This document shows, one piece after another, positions 1 to 16,069 of a stretch of DNA of 64,000 nucleotides (the stretch's first letter is position 1; each line of letters starts with the position of its first letter). The notes below the pieces were generated by a model. That model had not been told where the DNA came from. It ran no database searches and saw only the letters and a program-made list of their open reading frames with translations. The DNA lies in NCBI GenBank assembly GCA_964016885.1, contig OZ024741.1, forward strand, positions 320,230,001 through 320,294,000, given 5' to 3'. Position numbers and translations under genes: made by a program. This stretch comes from Eledone cirrhosa. Lineage: Eukaryota.

Positions 1-86
<86 letters not shown>

Positions 87-103
87 TGTGTGTGTGTGTG
101 TAT

Positions 104-196
104 TAGAAAGAGTCGGTGCCCGAAGGTTGAGCTCTTTCCGTTTCAAGAGCCGATTCCAGACATAGCTGATGAAACGGCGAGAGTTCAGTCTCCCCT
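104..196. repeat. Two partial, inverted 3' halves of the family-A hammerhead-bearing repeat
   Basis: Minus strand reads GAAACGGaaagagctcaaCCTTCgggc and plus strand reads GAAACGGcgagagttcagtc. Both resemble the 3' half of the motif at 23142-23168. Abuts a (TG)n tract. Confidence 0.5.
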
Positions 197-214
197 CAAC
201 AACGTTGTCTAAGG

Positions 215-395
215 GAAAGGTAATGGCCGATACAGCTTAGCACCAATGACTTCGCAACTCATTTTTGCAGCTGAGTAAATTGGAGCAGTAAGAAATAAAA
301 TGCCTTGCTCAAGGACACAACGCATTTCTCAGTCCGGGAATCGAATCCACTACCACACAATCGCAAGCATAATGCTCTAACAACTAAGCCATGCA
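215..395 (-). mobile_element. tRNA-derived SINE, family 2
   Basis: Minus strand has an A-box-like tggcttagttgttag and a B-box-like ggattcgattccc. The core (cagctgagtaaattggagca...gctcaaggacacaacgc) recurs at 52330-52495. Confidence 0.65.
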
Positions 396-417
396 CAATC
401 ATGTATGTATACACACG

Positions 418-521
<104 letters not shown>

Positions 522-1497
522 AGAGGAAAGCACGACCGGGAGGTAATTTCCCTTCATCAGTTGTCTTCTGGAGGGAGATCATGGACATTTCTACGCATTA
601 TAGACAAGATGTCAAGCTCCAGCGCATCAATAACTAAAGGAAGTTATTGGGGAAAATTGAGAGAGAGAAAAAAATATAACAGAAGGGAAAAAGGAAGAAA
701 GAAACGAAAAGAAAAATCGGGAAAAAACATACCGAAGAGGGGAACACGAGAAGCACGTGTAGTAGCAACGGAAGAGAAAGAAAAGGCTGTCAACATCAGC
801 TATTGGACATAAGAACGAGGCAGAGTAGACGCTGAAACGGACCGAAAAAAACCTCCGCAATATACAACGCATATGTACATGCACACACATAACTCAAAAT
901 AAATACATCCACACATACAATAACATCCATACTTTCACACACATGCATGCATGCAGACATGCAAACATATCTACCCAGTTGATGTTGTGAAAATCCCAAT
1001 GAGAGAGTCTTGTAACTATATTAGAATCCGACTCCCTCTGTGTTCGTAAAAAGATTATAAAATTATAAAACCAGAAGAATATACATATATACATGTATGC
1101 ATACGCTCATACATACATACAAACATACATTCATAAATATATGTATGTATAAATGTGTGTATGTATGGATGCATATATATATATGCTTTGTATCTGTACA
1201 TGTGTACATGCATTATGTATGTATTTAGCATCCTGATATTTTTCCTTTCAGCTCTCCATAATTAAAATCAATGTCACTGACCGCTTCTACGACAAAGTGA
1301 CTGCAGTGTATATATTTCGCTGATAAAATCTAACAAGATTGAACCATGTCCGTCACTTTCACCAATTTGTTTAAAAACGAAGACTCACTATATGTCGCAA
1401 AAATTGTGAACATCCGACTGACTCCATTAAAACTGTTCGTCTCCAGAGTTACTTCACCCAATTTTGTCAAATAATATTGAAAATGATCGTTTATAAA

Positions 1498-1685
1498 ATA
1501 ATTGTTTCTACTTTAGGCACAAGGCCAGCAATTACCCAGTGCATTACTGGTACTTTATTTTATCGACCCCGTAAGGATGAAAGGCAAAGTCAACCTCGGC
1601 GAGATTTGAACTCAGATCGTAAAGGGACGTAACTATACTGGAAAGCATGGCCTCCAACCCTCTACTGATACTGCCAATCCACGAT
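1498..1685 (-). mobile_element. tRNA-derived SINE, family 1
   Basis: Core gtttctac...acaaggccagcaatt...ttttatcgaccccgtaaggatgaaaggcaaag, B-box gagttcaaatc on the minus strand, (ATT)n tail. More than 15 copies in the window. Confidence 0.85.
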
Positions 1686-1955
1686 TTATGTAGTGTCGGT
1701 TGTATATCTAATGTTTAAGTCTAATGTTTAAGTCAATGCTTCATATATTAATTTATGTATGTGTGTGTGTGTGGGGGGGGGGGCTGTGTGTGGGGGGGGG
1801 GGGGTCTGTGTGTGTGTGTGTGTGTGTGTGTGTCTACTCACACAGAAACACACACACACACATATATATATATACAAATCTATAGGTATGTCACTTGTTA
1901 TTATACACGTAGAGCAACCATTTCTCTCTCTCTGTCTCCCCCCCTCTCTCTCTCT

Positions 1956-2020
<65 letters not shown>

Positions 2021-2497
2021 TCTATCTGTCTGCTTTTCTATCTAAATATATATTTTCCGCAATCACCAACGTTAACAAGAATTTCAATAACGTTTCCCTA
2101 ACATCAACTACAACTGACAGCAATAACAATCGCCGCTAACATAACTACCGCAAACTTATATATCAGTCTGGCTAAATCACTTGAAAGTAAATCGTAGCTA
2201 TCCTCACCAATACCACCTACTCATTCCCATTTAACAAGGAAATGTAAAATGAAATCTAAATAGAAACAATATGAAAACAAGAGCTAATATTTTTAAATAC
2301 AATATTATATACATTACAAAAGTTGTGGTTTGATTCATGTTCGGGGTTTGGTGTTATTTTTCAATCTTCGATTCTTATTTACCAGTAAATAGCAGTGATC
2401 ACGGATGCATACGCTTATTATATAAACAAGAAACCGCACGCAAACAAACAGAAATGTATAAGGGTATGTGATATTAAACACACACTAAGCACACATT

Positions 2498-2532
<35 letters not shown>

Positions 2533-2533
2533 C

Positions 2534-2565
<32 letters not shown>

Positions 2566-2779
2566 ATAATGTATATGTACTTTTATTTATATCTGTATAC
2601 ACTTGTATGTCTTCACAAATTCGTGTTATTCATAAATATCTGTTTGATATATTGGATCAAGAGTATACGAGCTTGTTTGCATACATATGTATGCGCAACT
2701 AAGTTTACTCTCATTCTGTCTCTTTCTCACTGAATATATACTCAAACAAATAGAACACCAATTTATGAATATATGTATG

Positions 2780-2824
<45 letters not shown>

Positions 2825-2827
<3 letters not shown>

Positions 2828-3033
2828 TTTCTTATATAGGCACAAGGGAGGGGGGGGGAGTTGAAAGTCGATTAAATCGACCCCAGTGCGTGACTGGTAC
2901 TTTATTTTATCGACCCCGTGAGGATGAAAGGCAAAGTTAACCTTGGCGGGATTTGAACTCACATCATAAAGGGCCGTAACTCTTTGCTGCAAAGCATGGC
3001 GTCCGACTCTCTACCGATACTGCCAATCCACCG

Positions 3034-3091
<58 letters not shown>

Positions 3092-3177
3092 TCTACTATT
3101 GGCACAAGGCCAGCAATTACTCAGTACATTACTGGTACTTTATTTTATCGACCCCGTAAGGATGAAAGGCAAAGTTA
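2825..3177 (-). mobile_element. Two family-1 SINE copies (2825-3036; partial copy 3086-3177)
   Basis: Same core as 1498-1685. Confidence 0.8.
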
Positions 3178-3196
3178 AATATATATATATATATTG

Positions 3197-3235
3197 ATAG
3201 ATAGATAGATAAAAGTCCCAATGCACTTGTACATT

Positions 3236-3302
<67 letters not shown>
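3197..3302. repeat. (GATA)n microsatellite with no Tx1 insertion
   Basis: Visible tetranucleotide repeat; a second unoccupied tract lies at about 8858-8933. Confidence 0.95.
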
Positions 3303-3303
<1 letters not shown>

Positions 3304-3381
3304 TATGTGTGTATGTATATAAATATATATATAAATATATATATAAATATATATATAAATATATATATAAATATATATATT

Positions 3382-3449
<68 letters not shown>

Positions 3450-3768
3450 TGTGTGTGTGTATATGTATATACACATATATCCTTGTATACATATATATTC
3501 ATATGTATATATACGTACATATATATATATATATATACATATATATATACATACATATATATACATATATATATACATATATATATACATATATATGTAT
3601 GTATATATATATATATACGTATATAAATATACGTATATATATATATGTCGTAAAGATTTATGTCATATATAAATAAGATTTATATGTGTATACACATAAC
3701 ATATCACGCGTATACACACGCACAAACATGTATATATATGTATATATATATATATATGCATTTATATG

Positions 3769-3826
<58 letters not shown>

Positions 3827-3828
3827 GG

Positions 3829-3885
<57 letters not shown>

Positions 3886-5737
3886 AAAAGGTAAACAGAA
3901 ATAACAAAACAAACATAACAAAACAAACAGCACAGCATGTAAGAAATTTATTAGTTAAACGCTTGAAATAGCATGCGGGGACTATGGTAAGACGCTGAAT
4001 TTTCAAATATTTTAGACACGCACTGATTATATATTTATATTTCATGATAATCATCTCCTTACCACATTTGCAGTTGAAAATACATACATATGCTAACTAA
4101 TGTATCAATATATACATATAGAAATGGATGCATACACATGGACGGTAATGTCACCAGTTGTTTACGAAATCACGTATTAACTAACACATGCAGCCCATGT
4201 TCTCGTGAGTGTGTATATGTACCAGTGTCTGCGTGTCTTTTATATATATATATATATCTGTTATATGTGTGTGTGTGTGTGTGTGTGTGCGTGTATATGT
4301 TTGTGTGTTACATCCGGAAGATACACAAGGCAAATAAATGAAAGCCATCAATTTCCTCGTCAGCCACCCTCTTAACTATGAAATTTCGTGCATAAGAGGA
4401 GTATTGCATATTATTAGGCCCAAGTTACGTGAATGCTTGAACAAGCTGCCGCAAATATGTATATGAGATAACAAAAGGACTCAGAAGAAAACAGGGGAAT
4501 AGCATAATGCCCGTCAAAAAGAACAGCGTTTACATTTGAAGGATATTTAATTTAATAAATATTTATTTACGGCATATTATTTAGGGATGCTTGAATCCTC
4601 AAGATTTCTTAATTTTCTCCCCTTTTCACATTGGCCATTACCGTAATTCCTTTTCATTCATTTAAATGAAATACATTAATTTGCTTCCATATTTTCTTGA
4701 ATAATTACCAAATATATACCTCTAAATCAAAGTGGTCGTTACTAACCCCCGGGGTCGTAGAAAAGTTCCAGGGGGCGCTGGAGGCTAAGGGTATGGTGGG
4801 GGTGTTAGAGAAAAGGGGGCGTTTTGGAGGAATGGAGAGATTGCAAGTGTCATTCCACCCAATCAATTGAACGCCCCCGTAAGCAGTAACATTTTCTTCA
4901 CATTCTTTCTTCTATTTAATCCTTTACCCGCTGTATTAATTCTGCCTTACTCTTTGGATTGAGCTTGTCGTCGACATCCCGCATGTTCAAACAAGGTTGT
5001 TCTAACGCTTTGAATGATAATATATATAAAGAGACTTTCAAAAAAAGAACACGCCACGACTTTGTGTTTTACCTGTGCAATTCTGATTTTCGACACTCCG
5101 CTTTTGCTATTACACCGGACTTACAAACTTACAAAACCTTCCGATACACAGTTTGATAATTTAGAGTCTAAATTATGCATATGTATCTGTGAAACGTTTG
5201 TACTTAGGAACTCTGTCTTTGATCAGTTTGTTGACTGAGTTATGAGAAAAGGTTTTAGTTTAAGCTTGATTTCCGTATGAGCTCATTTAAAGAATTTTAA
5301 AGTTGACTAAACTTAACGATAACATAATAACCAATAGATGTCCTTTCACAGTATATTGTTAATTTCTTTTAAACTCATTTTTTGTATTCATTATATATAA
5401 CGTACCAATGTCAAGCTGTTAGTTGTAATGAATTTAAAGATTGAAGTGCGAAGGCATGAAGTATCTGAAATCTAAGCGGTTAAACCAAGGGTTAGTTATG
5501 TTGCAGACCTATGTCTGACGAAGTCAAAGATATATTAGAAGCTGATGAGATTTTTTTCCATTGTATTTTTTTGTCTTTTTGTTTTGTTTTCCGATATGAT
5601 GTTGAATAGCGCAGTGTCATTGGAGTAGACATAGTTATCTCGTATTGTTGTCGATCTCCAAAGATAGAAAATAGCAAGCGAACCAGAAATTGTGAACTTG
5701 ATGCCAGAATCTCTTGAGCTATTTTACATCATACAAA

Positions 5738-6240
5738 TAATTGTTTCTACATTTGGCCCAAGGCCAGCAATTATAACAGTGTATTACAAATAATATGGTA
5801 CTTATAGTGGCATTGGAGGGAATTCGCTCTTTTCAAGTCGATCTCAGTAATCAATGCCTGTTATGCCATTTATTATTATTATTTAGGATTGGCAGTATTG
5901 GGAGAGGGTCGGACGCTATGCTTTGACGTATAGAGTTACGGCCCTTACAATTCTGAGTTCAAATCCCGCCGAGGTTAACCTTGCCTTTCACCCTTACGGG
6001 GTCGATAAAATAAAGTACCAGTAATGCACTGGGTAATTGCTGGCCTTGTGCCTAACGTAGAAACAATTATTTAGAGGGTCAGACATGCTTTCCAGCATAG
6101 TTACGTCCCTTTACGATCTGAGTTCAAATCCCGCCGAGGTTAACTCTGCCTCTCATGCTTACGATGTCGATAAAATAAAGTACCAGTAATGTACTGGGTA
6201 ATTTGCTGGCCTTGTGCCAACAGTAGAAACAATTATTATT
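5738..6240. mobile_element. Cluster of three family-1 SINEs (5738-5805 partial, minus; 5888-6070 plus; 6073-6240 plus)
   Basis: Same core and (ATT)n tails. Confidence 0.8.
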
Positions 6241-6719
6241 ATTTATTTACTTTTGTAACTGATATCTAGAGTGTTCCAATTTTCATAGTACTTTGTTTCG
6301 AGTTGGAACACAACAGCAGGAAACAGTATTATGAGTGATACCGAGGGAATGTAGAGGAGAGAAGGATAGAGTACAAGAATCACTAGAGTGGAAAATTCTA
6401 ATGATCTAGGAAATCAGCTAGGCAATCCAGATCGATTCTCATTCACAATTACATTAGAACTTTAGTGATATTTAAAACCACAAAGATTTCTCTCGGTGGA
6501 AGAGAATATAGTTGTCTAAGTGCATCATCTTTTTCAAAGAGGATTACCTTAATTTATATCCTCGTTTAACAGCATATTGATTTTTTTTCTCATTAAATAA
6601 CCCTGTATATTAGGTTGAAGTTATGCACGCACACACAAAACCACAAACACACATTGAAATACGCAAACATATGCAAACACACATATATATGTATGTGTCT
6701 GTATGAATGTGTATGCATG

Positions 6720-6836
<117 letters not shown>

Positions 6837-6898
6837 GAGTAGAAAAATGGATTACTTGACTTCTTTCAACGGCAAGAATGTGTTCTGCACCTATGAAC

Positions 6899-6988
6899 GC
6901 ATATCCGATGAGATCTCGGTGCAGAGTCGGGCGCCGAAGATTAGGATCAAACCACGAGCTGATCGATATCGAAACAATTCTCATATGC
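6899..6988 (+). ncRNA. Type I hammerhead ribozyme motif, family C (C4 core, long stem II), decayed
   Basis: gcatat-CCGATGA-gat...atc-GAAA-C AATT C-TC-atatgc-AATAAA. Stem I is 6 bp and the AATT loop is palindromic; one stem III mismatch. Confidence 0.65.
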
Positions 6989-7018
6989 AATAAAGCCATT
7001 TATGCTGAAAGCTTGACT

Positions 7019-7074
<56 letters not shown>

Positions 7075-7471
7075 AGTGTGTGTATGTATATATATATATA
7101 TGTGTATGTGTGTGTGTGTATTGTATATTATTGGAGCGTAGGGACCATTTGAAATTTGAAAATGCGGAATTCCAGAACGTATAAAATACCTGTAATCAGG
7201 GCCTCCAAGATAAATTTTGCTAGGCAATACAAGACCCCTTTGAAGCCCGAAGCAGGCAAATACTTTTCACAAACCACCGGTTGGACCCCCCTCTCAAAGG
7301 GCCTGTCTATATTAACAGTTGAGCTCTATAAAGAATAGTTGGATAATTAGGTGCATTATCCTTCCTTGTTCGCCCCTAAGGACCATTTGCCCACTTTCTC
7401 AACCGGTATCTATAGTAATCGACTGTTTTGTTATTTTCAGCGATTGTGATTCTTTCATTTTCAAAGTATAA

Positions 7472-7582
<111 letters not shown>

Positions 7583-7686
7583 CACACATATGTATATATA
7601 TACATATATATATATATAAACGTATATGTATATGTACATACGTACATTTATATATATACATACATATACACATATATATGCATATA

Positions 7687-7752
<66 letters not shown>

Positions 7753-7856
7753 CACACATATGTATATATATACATATATATATATATAAACGTATATGTA
7801 TATGTACATACGTACATTTATATATATACATACATATACACATATATATGCATATA

Positions 7857-7894
<38 letters not shown>

Positions 7895-8283
7895 TGTGGG
7901 TGTGTGTGTGTGTGTAAATAAATACCTACTTATATTTATGCATGTATACCCTACAGCAACTTCGTACATATATGTGTGTAAATATTTTGACAAAGATCTT
8001 ATTGCTAGGAATTTAACCTAAATCTAATGTAAGCCGTTATATCTATGGTTTCGCCAATTCTACTTGTATGTTAGTTATCCTATCCTAATATATGTAAAAG
8101 ACAAATCACTCAAAATAACAGCGAAGCTCCATATATTCTTATCCCAAAATAAAAAAAAAAACTTGTTTAAAAGAGATTGTGAAATTATTTGTAAATATTA
8201 TCTGAGAGATAAGCTTCAGAATTTCAGTACAGGTTGTATTCCATTTTCATGTATAAGTGTGCGCGGCGCTTGTAACGTTTGTT

Positions 8284-8430
<147 letters not shown>

Positions 8431-8465
8431 GTGCATCTTTGTGTGTGTGTGTGTGTATGTGTGTG

Positions 8466-8500
<35 letters not shown>

Positions 8501-8857
8501 GTATGTATTTATGAATGTATATATATATGTATATATATATGTGTGTGTGTGAGTATATAAAGAGAGATAGAGAGATAGACAAACAAATATATATGTATAC
8601 ATATATACATACACATATATATAGAGAGAGAGACAGAGCGTAGGTGTGGGGGGGGGGGAGAAAGAAAGCAAGAAAGAAAGAGATAGAGAGAGAAACTTCT
8701 ATGCAGGGAAAGCAATTTAGTGAGAAAGGAAGAAACAGAAAGCTTCATTGATTTATCGTGAAGATGTCCATTTATGCTGAACATATAGACTGTTGTAAAT
8801 ATTTTAGTTTTATCGCTTTTCAAAATGTTATATTCCCTAAGATATATGAATAGACAA

Positions 8858-8934
<77 letters not shown>

Positions 8935-8974
8935 AAGGTACATAGAAACATAGATGCCATACACACACACACGC

Positions 8975-9065
<91 letters not shown>

Positions 9066-9246
9066 TATATGTATATATATTCATGTATGTAAAAGGTAAA
9101 TAGAAATAAGAACACACTCGGTACTGTATATGGAAGGAATATATTAGGTTAACGCTTGAAACAGCAGGAAGAGGGTCATATACATATATACATACATATA
9201 TATATATATATATACATATATATACATATATATACATATATGTATG

Positions 9247-9323
<77 letters not shown>

Positions 9324-10034
9324 ATATATGTGTATATATAAATATGTGTGTGTGTATATGTGTGTGTGTCTGTGTGTATGCATATATATTTTTATATATA
9401 TATATACTTATATAGCGAGTTAAAAAAAAGAGAAGGATGTCAAATAGATAGATCGAAATATAGATAGATAAATAGATAGCTAAATCGATAGAAATATAGT
9501 GTATTAGTTAATGTATTTGAAGGAATAAAGACAAAAACATTAAAGCCTAAACAATGTATGCATAATCATGAGGCATATAGCGTTTCCTCATCAGAAATGC
9601 AATGTTCTTTGTATAAGCCTTCTTTCAATAACATGTCCATTTAAAGAATATATGGAAGCATAATATAATGCTGTACGACGTAACTTCCAATAATGTATGT
9701 TTATATGCAGGAAATACCATGTACAAATTCAATAATATATTTTGAAAATAAAACATCTTAAAAATAACTATTTAGAACATTCAATATGAGAAATATATAT
9801 ATATGGAATGTAATTAAGAAACTAATTATTGACGTAAGAAATTGAATATTGAAAAATAAACGTAAATAAGAGTAAAAGGGAATAGCTCATTTTGTCAGCT
9901 TTCTGTTTATTGTTATAAATATATAAGCCTGCTTTACAATATAACTATTTAGCTCTACTTCTAAGGAATGTTACATACCCTTATTATGTTTTACAGTAAC
10001 TATATCAATATATATCAGCTATAATATTACTCTG

Positions 10035-10172
10035 GGCGGCGAATTGGCAGAGTTGTTAGAACGTCGGATAGAATGCTTTATGGTATTCGTTCCGACTTTC
10101 TGATCTCTGATTTCAAATCCCGCCGAGGTCCACTTTGCCTTTCATCATTTCGAGGTACCAGTCTAGTACTGG
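10035..10172 (+). mobile_element. Diverged family-1-like SINE
   Basis: ggcggcgaattggcagagttgttag head followed by ttcaaatcccgccgaggtccactttgcctttcatc. Confidence 0.65.
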
Positions 10173-11189
10173 TCTTAATTATTCCTCTATATCTTTCTCA
10201 TTTTCCCCTCTCTTGCTTTCTATCTTTCTCTGGAAGAAATCTAGATAAGAATGGACTCCGCCAGGCTTAAAATGCCCAAGAATCGCCATATGTTAATAAG
10301 GCGCCCCTACCACTCTAATGGGCCTTACGGGACCATACATACAATATTACTCCATGTGTGTCTTTCTGTAACTCTTTAAATTTACACACACGAACATGCA
10401 CAAACTTACACACAATGAATTTCTAATCTTACTCATGCAACTATAATAAGAAATTTGCTTTACAATCACAAGTTTCTGAGTTGTAACCATAAATGTGTAC
10501 CTGTAAATAGATATTTCTTCAAAGTCACTCATTCATTTAATCATATATACTATGTGTACATATGTGTTGAACGTTTATGGAGTTATAAAAAGAAAGCTTT
10601 TATTGTTAGGTTAGCAACATATACATCATTGTTCGTAATTGCATCCAAATACGACTCACATCAGATATGGTATACAAACTGTTAACCGCTAAAGTGAACT
10701 TGTATATATTATAAATATTGTAATATAAATATTGTATATAAATATTGTATATATTATAAATATTGTAATAAAGCTATAGTGTATATCCAGACAATTTTTC
10801 TTTTGAATACATTATCAATAACGTTTAGAAAAACGTAGTAGGAAATAGTATCGACAAAGAATGATGAGAGAGGACGAGTAAACCTGAAAAAGAAGATATG
10901 GCAATTGGATAATATGTATAATAGCAATTGGTAGGGGCTATTGTAGATATTCCTGCACGGATGGTTGGAAAAAAACGCAATTCAAGGCAGCAGATTTTGG
11001 TGCACACTACTGAAGGACAAGTAGTCTTGAAAACATTTAAAATGCAATGGCACACTTTCCAAGAATTGCGTATAAAGCAAAGAAAGTGTGTCCCGAGAAA
11101 GAGCATTGATATCATTTTCTTTGTAGTCAACCAATGCACAGCTTACGGTTTTTCAAATGTTATCTATCTGTTTTAACTTAACTACTATG

Positions 11190-13410
11190 AGCAGTGGCGA
11201 CTACATTTTTGCATTAATTTTTAATGCTCACATCAATGTGGAGTCGTGCACATCTGTTAAAAGCATTACATACATCTGCAAATACATCAACAAAGGCGGC
11301 GACATGGCGGTGGTTGGCCTCAGTGATGGCGTAGAATCAAAAGACGAAATTACTCAGTTCATGATGGGAAGATACATTTCGTCCAATATGGCGGCTTGGC
11401 GCATTTTTGGGCTTGAAATTCACCGGTGCTCTCCAGCAGTTGTTAACTTGGATGTTCACTTAGAGAATGGTCAACGCGTTTATTTCACTGAGGAAACCGC
11501 ATCGGCTGCTGCCGAACAGCCACCTGGGACGACGCTTACAGCATGTTTAAAGCTATGTTCTGTCGATACGTTTGCAGTTACCCTTTTTTACGTCGATATA
11601 CCTACCTACTTCACTTGGGCGAACAAAAAATGGCATCGGCGGCGACAAGGGAAAACAGTTGAAAATTGGGTAGGTATCTTCAGAAGTAATGTCATCGGAC
11701 GCGTGTACAATGTTCATCCGAAGCAACAAGAATGCTTTTTCCTGCGAATGTTGCTGCATCAAATCAAAGGGCCCAAGTCATTCGCCGACCTAAGACTTTT
11801 GGATTGCCACATTTGTTCCAGTTATAGGGACGCGTGCGTGAAGCGCGGGCTACTCGAGGAAGATGCCCACCTGAACGTGGCGTTGACGTGGCGTTGACAG
11901 AGGCTGCTGAATGTAAGATGCCTCGAGAAATGATCCTATTGCATAATCCTATTGTTCTGCGGCATAGATGAGCCCCTTAAGCTTTGGGAAACGCATAAGG
12001 ATAACATGTCAGAGGACATCCTCCGTAGGCTACGATCAGAAGATCCAGCGGCTGGCTTTGCTTTCAACGACGCGGTGTACAATGAGGCCCTCATCGACAT
12101 GGACAACCATCTTAAAGCTCTTGGAGTTGGCGGTGTATCTGACTTCGGTTTGCCACAACCTCGAAACACTCACAGTGCTTTAGATGTGGGGTTCATGCGT
12201 GAGTTAAATTACAACATCGACGATATGACACATCAGGTAGCTCAGGACGAACCCAGACTTTTGCATGACCAGAGACGGGCATATGACAGAATTCTCTCCA
12301 GTGTCAATTCAAATGAGGGACGGCTATTTTTCCTGGATGCTCCTGGCGGAACAGGAAAAACTTTTCTCATCAACCGTTTGCTTGCGAAGCTACGAAAAGA
12401 CAAGCGGATTGCTTTAGCAGTCGCCTCCAGTGGTATTGCGGTGACACTGTTACATGGCCGTCGTACGGCACACTCCGCATTCAAATTGCCTTTGGACATT
12501 GCAAAGGAGGGGAATACTACATGTAGAATAGATCGTGGCGACCCTAAAGCACATCTTCTTTCTGAGTGCTGCCTGATCATATGGGACCAGGCTACCATGA
12601 GTCACAAGGCGGCCTTTGAGGCTCTGGATCGAACTCTCAAGGACTTGCGTCGGAACTCACGCGTCATAGGTAGAGCGACATTATTGCTGGCTGACGATTT
12701 CCGACATACTCTTCCTGTTATCACTAGAGGCACTAGAGCTGACGAAGTGAACGCATGCATCAAGTCGTCCTACGTATGGCAGTATGTCCCAAACTACATC
12801 TGACTACCAACATGAGAGTGCATGTGCATGGTGATGCAGACTCCATCGATTTCTCAAAACATCTACTGGAAGTTGGTAATGGAACTACACCTGGAGTGGA
12901 TGAACAACATATCCGTTTGCCTTTTGGGAACTTTGTGTCAAACATTGACGAATTAATGTCATCTGTATTTCCAGACCTTGAATCACGATTCCATGATCAC
13001 ACCTGGCTGAAAGGGAGAGCTATTTTGGCACCACACAATGCTACTGTTGACGTGATGAACCAAAAACTACTCGATCAGATTCCCAGAAATGAAATCTCCT
13101 TCAAGTCGATTGACACCAATAAAAACGCGGACAACGCCGTCATCTATCCAATTGAAATCCTCAATAGTCAACTACCTCCAGGACTTCCTCCTCATGATCT
13201 GAAACTGAAGGTTAGTCTGCCAGTTATGCTGCAGAGAAACCTGGATGCACCAGCACTATGCAACGGAACGCGTTTAATCATAAAAAAAAATAAGGACCCA
13301 AATTCTGGAGACAAACATTTTGAGCGGACCCGCTGCTGGCGTGACCAGGTTAATTACCCCTATGAGCCTTAGTCCCTCTGACGTCCACTATGAATTTACG
13401 CGACGGCGGT
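11190..13410 (+). mobile_element. Decayed Helitron Rep/PIF1-helicase fragment (frameshifted)
   Basis: FNAHINVE...KYINKG, RYISS..AAWRIF, HLENGQ, Walker A DAPGGTGKTFL, VASSGIA, TAHSAFKLP, PPHDLKLK, RNL...CNGTRL spread over three ORFs. An 11-bp duplication near 11875-11898 breaks the frame. Confidence 0.92.
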
Positions 13411-13634
13411 CCACACAATCTCTTCATTTGTTGTAACCCAGACAACACCAGGAACGTTGTCTAAAAAGAAGCCCTGCAATAACATCTTTGAGCCCTACTC
13501 CACCCAACGTCTCTCTGTCAAACCACTCTCTTCACGTCACCCCTCAACTTATTACCTTAATAAGACGTGGGCTCAGCTGCTAATATATATATATATATGT
13601 ATTTATATGCGGCAGTTAAAGCTTCGGTTTATAC

Positions 13635-13669
<35 letters not shown>

Positions 13670-13745
13670 GTTATTCCGGGTTGAATCGGAGGTAACCACT
13701 GATGATTTCTAATGAATGAAACAGTTCTAGTCCTGTAGAATCTCA

Positions 13746-13895
<150 letters not shown>

Positions 13896-14053
13896 CATAT
13901 ATATATACACATATATATAAATATATAAATATATATATATATTTATAAATATATATATATGCGACAGCTAAAACTTTATACTGAAATATATACGATAATT
14001 TTGTTATTGTCGACATATAGTTAAAACATGTTATATGTATATACACACACGCG

Positions 14054-14157
<104 letters not shown>

Positions 14158-14503
14158 CATATACATATATATATATGCATTCTTGTTTACTACAATTCGT
14201 ATATACATTTGTGTGTATGTGTGTAAATTATATATCGCAAAGAAAATAAATATTTGGAAATCATTATTTAATTGTATTTTCCACTACAAAGGACATAATC
14301 AACACACCATATTTGATATATTTTGCTCTTTACTTGGCCTGGAGTAAAACTCAATAAAATCAGACGATTGAATCCGCCATTTTGTTCTGTCTTCAAAAGA
14401 TACATAAAAATGATTACTTTGTAAATAAAGGCTAAAAAACAATAGATCGCTATTATATAGAATTATATACCAGCGACAAGATTGTATTCTGATTATATGT
14501 ATT

Positions 14504-14559
<56 letters not shown>

Positions 14560-14942
14560 TGTGTGTGTGTGTATGTGTGTGTGTGTGTGTGTGTATAAAT
14601 ATATATCTATTATATATTTACATATACAAACACATACACATGTGTGCGTGTTTGTGTGCGAGTGCTCAGATGTATATACATACGTGAAAACATATATACA
14701 GATATTCATGCACAGCAACCCACACGATTCCTCACATATACATACACATATTTGTGTGCATCTCTATCATTTCATCGCTCTCTTCCGCTGCCCCCCCCTC
14801 TCTCTCTCTCTCTCTTATATATATACATATATATATATATATTTATATATGCATATATAATATGAATGGAAAAAAATGAAACGAAATTTCATTTCTCACT
14901 TATATTTCACATACTTATATTTATATATAATATGTATTTATA

Positions 14943-14984
<42 letters not shown>

Positions 14985-15002
14985 TATATGTAAATATACA
15001 TA

Positions 15003-15109
<107 letters not shown>

Positions 15110-15347
15110 GTGTGTGTGTGTGTGTGTGTGTATGTAAGTATATACAAACGAACAAGATAACTGAGATCATAGCTGAATTAATTGCAGTAAATTGTGTTAG
15201 TATGGCAGTTACTTTAAAAAGATATCAAAATTGATAGTAACCATTTTTAGTTGTCGCGCTGATTTTATACAATCTTTTTGTTTGTTGGTGTTTCTTAATG
15301 TGAAGCTGTATGGTGTAACTCTCTCTTTCTTCCTTTCTTTCTTCGTT

Positions 15348-15431
<84 letters not shown>

Positions 15432-16069
15432 CCTCTCCCCCTCTCTCTCTGTTAATTTACCTATCTACCTATCTCTTTGTTTTTCTCTCTTCTCTGATTA
15501 CGTGATGATATATTGCTCAATCTTTTATGTTGTTTGTTTCATGTATGCAAGTATTTATATTTTTATTTTCAATACATCTAGTTATTTACCCGATAAAGAG
15601 ACGTATGTGTTGTTTATGCGATGAATAAGTAGAGAAATTGTTAACAAAGTGAAAGAAGCCAATATATACTCATTAATGTAATAATACATTAACCCTTTGA
15701 GGCTAAATAAACCTCTGGACGAATATTTCGTCTTGCGTGTTGATGTTGTTTCGTACTGTTTTCCAATGTTTATAAATTGTGTTTCCAATGAAAACATGAT
15801 CATTTAATATATACAAAGTCACTAACATTGAAAATATTTTTCTAATCTAATTGATAATATCTAACTTTTGTGCATCTGTTTAGATTTAATTGCGGTGCTA
15901 AAATAGAATCGGGAATATGTATCATGATTTCTTGGCAGACATATGACATAAATGGTAATATAGACCCTGTCTTTGATTACACTATAAGGAGAAGAAAAAT
16001 AGAAACAATAACTTCGGCAAAAACAGTAAGATCAACAGCAGCGTGAACAATAAAATCAACATTACCATT

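Noticed and set aside
9570-9600. CTGATGAGGAAA on the minus strand (similar at about 4350 and 545)
   Set aside because: No stem II and weak stems I and III; likely chance
13699-13737. CTGATGA...GAAACAG...CTGTA hammerhead-like motif
   Set aside because: Stem I does not pair and there is no second copy; at best a decayed remnant
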